Sequence record: KT429160.1
From: Staphylococcus phage SPbeta-like
Reading direction: 5' to 3' (one strand)
DNA length: 64,000 nucleotides
Positions within the stretch are counted from its first letter, which is position 1; every line of letters begins with the position of its first letter. Below the pieces are notes generated by a model. That model did no database searches, had not been told where the DNA came from, and worked only from the letters and a program-made list of their open reading frames with translations. A program made the position numbers and the translations under genes. Below, piece by piece: positions 58,347 through 64,000 of this stretch.

Positions 58347-58856
58347 CTATTTAATTAAGATATTCTGTTTTACTTCAATTTCAGCATAATCAATAGCTTC
58401 CTGTTCTTCAGTTGATAAACCATTGTAGTATTTCTTGAATGCTGCTTTATCAACTTTCTTCTCAACTTTTTCGGTGATGTATTCTTTAGGTAATTTGCTT
58501 TCATCTTTGATATTCATAACTTTACTATTTCTAATTGAAACAGTTAATGTTGGTGAAGCAACTTTCTTCATATCTAAGCGTGACATTTGAACTAAGCCAT
58601 ATTGTTTTAAGTTATCAATATTTCGTTCAGCTTTCTTCTTGAGTTCATCAAGTGCTTTCTTACGCTCATTAATGACTTTAATATCATCTTGATACTTTTG
58701 AATTACTTTACCGATGTTGATGACTTTACCTTCTGCACTTTCTTGAATAGACTCTAAAGTGTCTTTCATTTCCTCAAAAGAATAGTCATTTTCTTCCATA
58801 AAGTTGATCAAGTTTTGGTATTGATCAGCGTAATCGTATAACTTCATATCTTCCAT
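58347..58856 (-). CDS. Sipho_Gp157-family protein
   Basis: 169 aa; N-terminal MKLYDYADQYQNLINFMEE resembles the Gp157 family start (M.LYEL…Y..L); coiled-coil. Confidence 0.4.
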   Translation of the reverse strand: MEDMKLYDYADQYQNLINFMEENDYSFEEMKDTLESIQESAEGKVINIGKVIQKYQDDIKVINERKKALDELKKKAERNIDNLKQYGLVQMSRLDMKKVASPTLTVSIRNSKVMNIKDESKLPKEYITEKVEKKVDKAAFKKYYNGLSTEEQEAIDYAEIEVKQNILIK

Positions 58857-59115
58857 TTTGTTCTCTCCTTATTAAACATTGAGTAAGGAGTTGTAGATTA
58901 ATTTACATAAAATTTACGCTCAATTAATCTACTTCATAATAATACTTCCTCGCTTACTCAATGTCAACTGTTTTTTATATTTTATTTCTTATTTTTTGAG
59001 TAAACTTTTGCTAATATAAAACATGTAAGTAATAAACAAATATTAGCAACTTCTGTAATTATAATATGTATAGAAACACCTGTTAAACTAAAGATAGTTA
59101 CTAGCAATGATAAAC

Positions 59116-59577
59116 CTATTGCAAAGAATAAATACAGTAACGGGTTAGCTCCTTCACTTGTTTTCTTTCTAATAAAGTGAATGATTTGATCAATGTAGCT
59201 AACACAATTGAAACTGTCGCCACTGTCTGACTTACTTCCAATGATAGATGACTAAAGATTACAAGTGCTAATAGTATGTATAGTAATGAGAATATGATCG
59301 CAATTGGCTTTTCCAATCTCTTAAAGTTGAGCCAAATTACAATAATGAGTGCTACACCAGCGTTAATAAACTGTCCTAAATAGATATACCATTCAGCATT
59401 ACCAGTTCGTAGTACATTTAATAAGCTAAACAAAGTTGAAAAGCTTACTAAGTACCAAAACATAGATGATATTCCTGTAAGATTTTTGGAATAAAATATT
59501 GATTTTAATTGATTATAATACGCAGTCACAAATATCAAAACTACTAGTAAATTAAGGGTTAAAAGTAAAGCTGCCAT
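59116..59577 (-). CDS. membrane protein
   Basis: 153 aa with 4-5 hydrophobic helices; ATG overlaps the upstream stop (TAATG). Confidence 0.35.
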   Translation of the reverse strand: MAALLLTLNLLVVLIFVTAYYNQLKSIFYSKNLTGISSMFWYLVSFSTLFSLLNVLRTGNAEWYIYLGQFINAGVALIIVIWLNFKRLEKPIAIIFSLLYILLALVIFSHLSLEVSQTVATVSIVLATLIKSFTLLERKQVKELTRYCIYSLQ

Positions 59578-59807
59578 TATTGTCCATGCTCCTCTAACGT
59601 TTGTTTCGCTACTTTGTTACTTAATAGCAACGTAGTTAAGACACTATATCCAATTATTGATTGATAAATTACTTCTTTTTGAGAGATAGCAGTCTCTACT
59701 AAATTTGTTCTTATCAACATAAAGATTTCAAAGAAACCAAATGTTAAAGTAAAGAATATAGCTCCAAAGAATATTGAACCTATGATTGTTAAACAAAGTC
59801 TTTTCAA
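59577..59807 (-). CDS. small membrane protein
   Basis: 76 aa with 2 TM helices; may be the frame-shifted N-terminus of the downstream membrane protein. Confidence 0.3.
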   Translation of the reverse strand: MKRLCLTIIGSIFFGAIFFTLTFGFFEIFMLIRTNLVETAISQKEVIYQSIIGYSVLTTLLLSNKVAKQTLEEHGQ

Positions 59808-59820
59808 AATTAATTCTCTC

Positions 59821-60003
59821 CTATCTATATAAAATTGTTCCGTTATAACCTGTAAATACTTTTGCGTTCTCTTGAATATGATTGTACATAACTTCGAATG
59901 CTGGGTTTGGTACTAGTTGAATAACTTTATTGTTGTTGGTTTGTACTGCTGTCATGTGGCTATTTTTCTTGTATTTTAATCTTACTAATTGTTCTTTATC
60001 CAT
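59821..60003 (-). CDS. hypothetical protein
   Basis: 60-aa ORF. Confidence 0.25.
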   Translation of the reverse strand: MDKEQLVRLKYKKNSHMTAVQTNNNKVIQLVPNPAFEVMYNHIQENAKVFTGYNGTILYR

Positions 60004-60005
60004 TG

Positions 60006-60374
60006 CTAATTTCCTTTCAAGAATTTCTTAATAAACACATCTATTTGATTGGTTCTTCTTCGTTTATCTTCTTGAATATGATCCATTTCATTATTACGCT
60101 CTTCTAATTGCTTTTTGATTTCATCAAGATAATATGTATTAAAGTTGATATTCTTCTTCATTAATTTAGATACAATACCATTTGTCATAACAATACTTAC
60201 TGGCAACTCACATTTGGTTGTGAAATCTAAAGTAACTTTACTTTTATATTCATTAATATGTACTCGTGATAAATTCCATTTCTCATTGATAGGATAATCA
60301 TTTTTGTATTCTGTCATTAATTTTTCTACTGCTTCATAAAATAGTTCCAAATTCTTCATTTGTCTACCTCTCAT
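60006..60374 (-). CDS. hypothetical protein
   Basis: 122-aa ORF. Confidence 0.3.
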   Translation of the reverse strand: MRGRQMKNLELFYEAVEKLMTEYKNDYPINEKWNLSRVHINEYKSKVTLDFTTKCELPVSIVMTNGIVSKLMKKNINFNTYYLDEIKKQLEERNNEMDHIQEDKRRRTNQIDVFIKKFLKGN

Positions 60375-60391
60375 TATTATATTTTATTTCT

Positions 60392-61399
60392 TTACCAATT
60401 AAATGCTTTTTTCAACGATAAGAACACTGTTTTAAGATGTAACTGATTGATCACTCCACCTACAACATCATAAGCTGTACTAGGTTTGAAGTTACATGCC
60501 TCGACATGTTTATATAATTCATCTGGCATTTCTTGTAATCTCCAATATTCTCTAGGAGAATAGAACCTTAATACACCATCATTTATTGTTCCTAAAGTCT
60601 TACCACGCATGATTGTTTGACAAGCTTTAACCTGTACTCGTCCTCTTCTAGCTTTAGAAGTAACATAAGCTAAGTCAATTCCGTCTCCATTATTTGCGTA
60701 TAAATATCCTTTCTTAGTACCATTTTTAATTTTATAACCGTTCTCATCTTTACCAAGTATAAGATGACTATGTATATGTTCGTTTGCGATATCTGGTTGA
60801 TCATTATTTTCTAAGTATGTTTCTAAATGTTTAGGTTCCCTTGTTAAATCAAGAAACTCAAATTTACCATTGTCTATATCTTTTCTAATAGATATTGAAA
60901 ATAAACGTTTTCTCTTTTGAGCTGAACCTAATTCATGTGCATTTAGAACTTTATAATATGTATTGTAATTTAAGCTATCAAGCTCATCCATATAATTTTG
61001 GAAGTTAGGCATGTTTTTTCTACTTATTGCGTCTGGAACATTTTCCCAAACTATCCACTTAGGCTTACATTCTTCCATTATCCTGACTGCTTCCCACATC
61101 AGAGCTGATCGAGTATCTGAACCTTTAAGTCCTCCACCTTGCTTACCAGCCCTTGTGAAGCTTTGACATGGACTACCGAATACTAGTAAGTCTACATCTA
61201 AATCTTTTGCTGAGACGTTTCTAACATCTCCAAGATTTTCGCTTTCTTTTTTATTATGTAATTTACAAAATAGTTGAGTAGCAGTTTTTCTTGTTTCACT
61301 AAAACCAACAATTTCATGTTCAATTCCTAAAGTGTTTAGGGATATTGAGAAGCTGCCTACTCCACTAAAAAGTTCTAATACTTTAATCAAGTATGTCAT
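60392..61399 (-). CDS. DNA C5-cytosine methyltransferase-fold enzyme (candidate carboxymethyltransferase)
   Basis: 335 aa; motif I LFSGVGSF (FxGxG), motif IV GSPCQSF (catalytic PC), motif VI WENV, motif VIII QKRKR; C-terminal motif-X region reads AYDVVGGVI rather than canonical GN(S/A)V. Confidence 0.8.
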   Translation of the reverse strand: MTYLIKVLELFSGVGSFSISLNTLGIEHEIVGFSETRKTATQLFCKLHNKKESENLGDVRNVSAKDLDVDLLVFGSPCQSFTRAGKQGGGLKGSDTRSALMWEAVRIMEECKPKWIVWENVPDAISRKNMPNFQNYMDELDSLNYNTYYKVLNAHELGSAQKRKRLFSISIRKDIDNGKFEFLDLTREPKHLETYLENNDQPDIANEHIHSHLILGKDENGYKIKNGTKKGYLYANNGDGIDLAYVTSKARRGRVQVKACQTIMRGKTLGTINDGVLRFYSPREYWRLQEMPDELYKHVEACNFKPSTAYDVVGGVINQLHLKTVFLSLKKAFNW

Positions 61400-61404
61400 C
61401 CCTC

Positions 61405-62100
61405 CTACTTAACTGCAATTATTCCTACAAAGTTGTTCCATTTAAACCAAGTATCTATATCCTTAAAACCAGCTTTTTCAAGCATTCTTTTATTTTGTTT
61501 TAAGGTTAAAGGCTTTAATACTCCTCTAATTGATTGAGATTTCTTGATCACTTCTTCATAGGTCAAACCATTCTCAAGTTTAAAATCATGATATATTTGG
61601 TTCATGATTTCGTGTGATTGTACAAATTCTCCATTTACTTTCTCAACAAGGATAAATGCTCCACCTTTATTCAAGCCTTGATAAACATTTTTTATTGTCT
61701 TTTCTCTATCCTCAATATTTATAAATTGCAAAGTTAAAATAGAAGTAATGTATGAAGCGTTTGTGAATTTAAAATCTTGCACGTCTTCAGATATTATTTT
61801 GATATTATCACTATCAGCGTCATTCATTGCCACTTGGTTCATATAAATAGAATTATCAATTCCAATATAATTAGCATTACGTTTTAGAATATTGCTCATG
61901 CCTTTTAATAAATTACCAGTCGAGGAGCCTATATCATAGACATTTGTATTTTCCTCAACGAAAAAACCGCCGATAATTTTAACAATCTTATGTATCTCTT
62001 TATAGAATGGTACAGATTTTTCTACGTGTTCATTAAATTCATTAGCTGTTTGCTCTGATTTAAATGTCCACTGAAAAGGGTTATAATTCATCTTCCTCAT
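61405..62100 (-). CDS. cmoA: CmoA-like carboxy-S-adenosyl-L-methionine synthase (class I SAM-MTase fold)
   Basis: 231 aa; near-collinear to E. coli CmoA as recalled: WTF…FNEHVEKSVPFY (CmoA [22 protein letters not shown]), VYDIGSSTGN (VYDLGCSLGA), YIGIDNSIYM (IIAIDNSPAM), ILTLQFINIEDREKTIKNVYQGLNKGGAFILVEK ([35 protein letters not shown]), C-terminal …YHDFKLENG…MLEKAGF…WFKWNNFVGIIAVK. Confidence 0.6.
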   Translation of the reverse strand: MRKMNYNPFQWTFKSEQTANEFNEHVEKSVPFYKEIHKIVKIIGGFFVEENTNVYDIGSSTGNLLKGMSNILKRNANYIGIDNSIYMNQVAMNDADSDNIKIISEDVQDFKFTNASYITSILTLQFINIEDREKTIKNVYQGLNKGGAFILVEKVNGEFVQSHEIMNQIYHDFKLENGLTYEEVIKKSQSIRGVLKPLTLKQNKRMLEKAGFKDIDTWFKWNNFVGIIAVK

Positions 62101-62272
62101 CTCCGAACCAAGCTTGTAATATTTCTAAGTTTTCTGTATCAATGTACAAATTTAAATCATGATATGTATAATGTCCTACAACATTTCTATCTGGAAAACC
62201 TAAGTCTTCTCCATTCCAATCTGCTTGCCAGTGTAATTTACTCCAGTCAAAGTCCTCTGGATTATCAAACAA
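62081..62272 (-). CDS. small acidic hypothetical protein
   Basis: 63-aa ORF overlapping both neighbours; operon-style packing. Confidence 0.3.
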   Translation of the reverse strand: MFDNPEDFDWSKLHWQADWNGEDLGFPDRNVVGHYTYHDLNLYIDTENLEILQAWFGDEEDEL

Positions 62273-62876
62273 TTAGGCCACTTCCAAACAAATCTAATCT
62301 ATGTAAAACTTGATCCCAAGTAATAAAACCTTCACCATTAGTAGCTTCCAGTACCATTCCATATACAAATTGGTTAGTAGAGAATTCAGCACGGTCTGGA
62401 TCAGTATAAGGTTTTCCGTGTCCTTGTCTAATATCTGAACAGTAACATAGAACTGTTTTATTTAAGATTTTTTCTTGCTTGTAGATTTCGTCTTGAATTA
62501 AATCATAAGCTTCTGTTTGATCTCCATATACATCATGTTTTATTTCTTCAGATAAGACACTCAATCTATCAATTGTTTTTTGAGCTTGTTTCTTCATTCC
62601 AATAATAATTCCGAGCTCAGAAATTGTTCCTAAACCTTCATTTAAAACATCAAGAACATAGATATCTGATTTTTCCATTGCGGTAAAATCATTCTTTAAA
62701 ATTCTCTCGGCCAAACCTTCTTGAACTGCATTAGACTTATCATTAATAGATTTGTCTTGGTGAGGGCTATAAGGTTTTACTCCCTCAATTGCTTCAACTT
62801 GGTTATGTTGTTTTTCTCTATAATCAACCATTGCTTCATTAAGAATATGGCCAGCTAGATAAATTACTTTCTCCAT
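62265..62876 (-). CDS. nucleoside 2-deoxyribosyltransferase-family protein (NDT/Rcl-like)
   Basis: 203 aa; N-terminal KVIYLAGHI and central DIYVLDVLNEGLGTISELGIIIGM match the NDT-family blocks (…IYFGAG…, …DI.L.V…ED.G.G.ELGYA…). Confidence 0.5.
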   Translation of the reverse strand: MEKVIYLAGHILNEAMVDYREKQHNQVEAIEGVKPYSPHQDKSINDKSNAVQEGLAERILKNDFTAMEKSDIYVLDVLNEGLGTISELGIIIGMKKQAQKTIDRLSVLSEEIKHDVYGDQTEAYDLIQDEIYKQEKILNKTVLCYCSDIRQGHGKPYTDPDRAEFSTNQFVYGMVLEATNGEGFITWDQVLHRLDLFGSGLIV

Positions 62877-62890
62877 AAGTTCTCTCCTTT

Positions 62891-63073
62891 TTAATAATAT
62901 GCTTTTTTATTGTTTCCACCTAATATGTACTCAATACTACTTTCATATATGTATCTGATAAGTTCCTTTCTATCAGCGAATAAATCTCCATTAAGTATGT
63001 ATATCTTTTGATCCTGATAAAGTGGTGTTCCATAATAACTAATGTCGTAAATTTCTTGCGTTAAGATTTCCAT
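62891..63073 (-). CDS. hypothetical protein
   Basis: 60-aa ORF. Confidence 0.25.
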   Translation of the reverse strand: MEILTQEIYDISYYGTPLYQDQKIYILNGDLFADRKELIRYIYESSIEYILGGNNKKAYY

Positions 63074-63324
63074 TAGTCTTCATCACTTTCACTCTCTAAG
63101 AATTCAATTTGTTCTTTAAGTTCTTTATTCTCCATTCGAAGATATCCATAATCTACTGATAAAGCATGATACTTGTCTTGATATGTACCAACATCTTCTT
63201 TTTTAAGCCATTCAATATCTTCAATCAGTTCGCTAATAGTGTCTATCTTGCCAATAGCTTGCATAATTTTTAATTGATCAATAATATCTTGTAAATTTAA
63301 TGGTCTATTGTATTTAACCTTCAT
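63073..63324 (-). CDS. hypothetical protein
   Basis: 83-aa ORF; ATGA overlap with the upstream gene. Confidence 0.3.
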   Translation of the reverse strand: MKVKYNRPLNLQDIIDQLKIMQAIGKIDTISELIEDIEWLKKEDVGTYQDKYHALSVDYGYLRMENKELKEQIEFLESESDED

Positions 63325-63329
63325 ATTAA

Positions 63330-63662
63330 TTACCTCTTTTTATATATTATTTTTTTCTTGAAATCAAGCTGCTCAAAAGTAATATCTCCAGTTGAACTTT
63401 CTATTAAAGCGTATCTTAGGAAGTCATGAATACAAATAGTGTAAACATTTTTCTCTACATCTGGATATTGTACAACTTCTTCAATATCTATATCATCTAC
63501 TGTGATATTATCCAACTTCTTAATTGTTTCAGCGAGAAGTTTTTTGTTTGATTGGTTCCAGTAATGCTCTGGCAATCTTGCTAAAAGTCTTCCCATTTGA
63601 TTTGTTTCAACAACAAATTCTTTAATACCTTGCTTATTTAGGTTCGGTAACATCTTTGTCAT
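63330..63662 (-). CDS. hypothetical protein
   Basis: 110-aa ORF. Confidence 0.3.
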   Translation of the reverse strand: MTKMLPNLNKQGIKEFVVETNQMGRLLARLPEHYWNQSNKKLLAETIKKLDNITVDDIDIEEVVQYPDVEKNVYTICIHDFLRYALIESSTGDITFEQLDFKKKIIYKKR

Positions 63663-63921
63663 TATCTCCTTTTAATTCTTTAATCTGCTCATCTAAATCT
63701 GCAATCTCTTGTGTCATGTCAGTAATGATTTGCTCTGATGAAATTCTTGAAGAGATTAATTCAAAGATGAGTTTTGAAGTAATTTCTTTATCCCACTCTT
63801 TTTTAGTTAGTGAGGTATTGTTTTCTGTATAAACAATGTCTTCAATGTTATTATCTTCCTTTGAGATATAAATTTTAAAGTTGATCAATTCAACTACATA
63901 AGTGTCTTTTTCTTTATGCAA
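63634..63921 (-). CDS. hypothetical protein
   Basis: 95-aa ORF; TTG start with RBS GGAGGAG. Confidence 0.3.
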   Translation of the reverse strand: MHKEKDTYVVELINFKIYISKEDNNIEDIVYTENNTSLTKKEWDKEITSKLIFELISSRISSEQIITDMTQEIADLDEQIKELKGDNDKDVTEPK

Positions 63922-64000
63922 TTACTTTCTCCTCCAAACGTTTAATCTTAATGTTATTTGTCTTTAAGATTTCGTTAATACCTTCTAAGTCAAAGTCATC
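63914..64000 (-). CDS. partial CDS (3' end only; gene continues beyond the window)
   Basis: Minus-strand frame open from the window edge (…DDFDLEGINEILKTNNIKIKRLEEKVIA*), ending at TAA 63914-63916. Confidence 0.3.
   Translation of the reverse strand, partial: DDFDLEGINEILKTNNIKIKRLEEKVIA

Noticed and set aside
59116-59807. PnuC-type NMN transporter split in two
   Set aside because: Hydrophobic profile is compatible but I could not match PnuC motifs by eye; left as generic membrane proteins.

Overview
The window is an AT-rich stretch of a temperate, SPbeta-like siphovirus or prophage of a low-GC Firmicute. The endolysin domains, the LPXTG moron and the IS3 copy suggest Staphylococcus, but this is inferred from domain content only.

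From 1 to about 42 kb the + strand carries a canonical late morphogenesis and lysis module:
- Packaging and head: a small Zn-finger protein (possible TerS), TerL, portal, prohead protease/scaffold, major capsid protein and head-tail joining proteins.
- Tail: major tail protein, chaperones, an embedded tyrosine recombinase, a 2757-aa tape-measure protein with lytic transglycosylase and M23 peptidase domains, Dit, a 2681-aa Tal-like tail hub and a tail fibre with a C-terminal S74 chaperone domain.
- Lysis: a membrane protein, an XhlA-like protein, a holin, a collagen-like SGNH hydrolase tail protein, an IS3-family insertion sequence and a CHAP-amidase_3-SH3b endolysin.

From about 42 to 64 kb nearly everything is on the - strand:
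- An AT-rich accessory island with two tiny genes, an orphan 548-aa protein with a C-terminal DUF559/PD-(D/E)xK-like nuclease domain, and an LPXTG-anchored surface-protein moron.
- A large serine recombinase with an adjacent Myb-like protein.
- A RusA resolvase and a nucleotide-metabolism module: MazG-like protein, NrdH-like redoxin, dNMP kinase, and nrdF-nrdE-nrdI. The nrdE gene carries a LAGLIDADG intein at the catalytic Cys and a group I intron with an HNH homing endonuclease.
- A cluster pairing a C5-cytosine DNA methyltransferase with a CmoA (carboxy-SAM synthase) homologue and a nucleoside 2-deoxyribosyltransferase-like protein.

The candidate novel system is that last cluster, a putative DNA carboxymethyl-cytosine hypermodification module.

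Three genes (TerL, MCP, nrdE) each carry a single-nucleotide frame break at a short A/T run; the IS orfB is also split.

No tRNA, rRNA or CRISPR array was seen.
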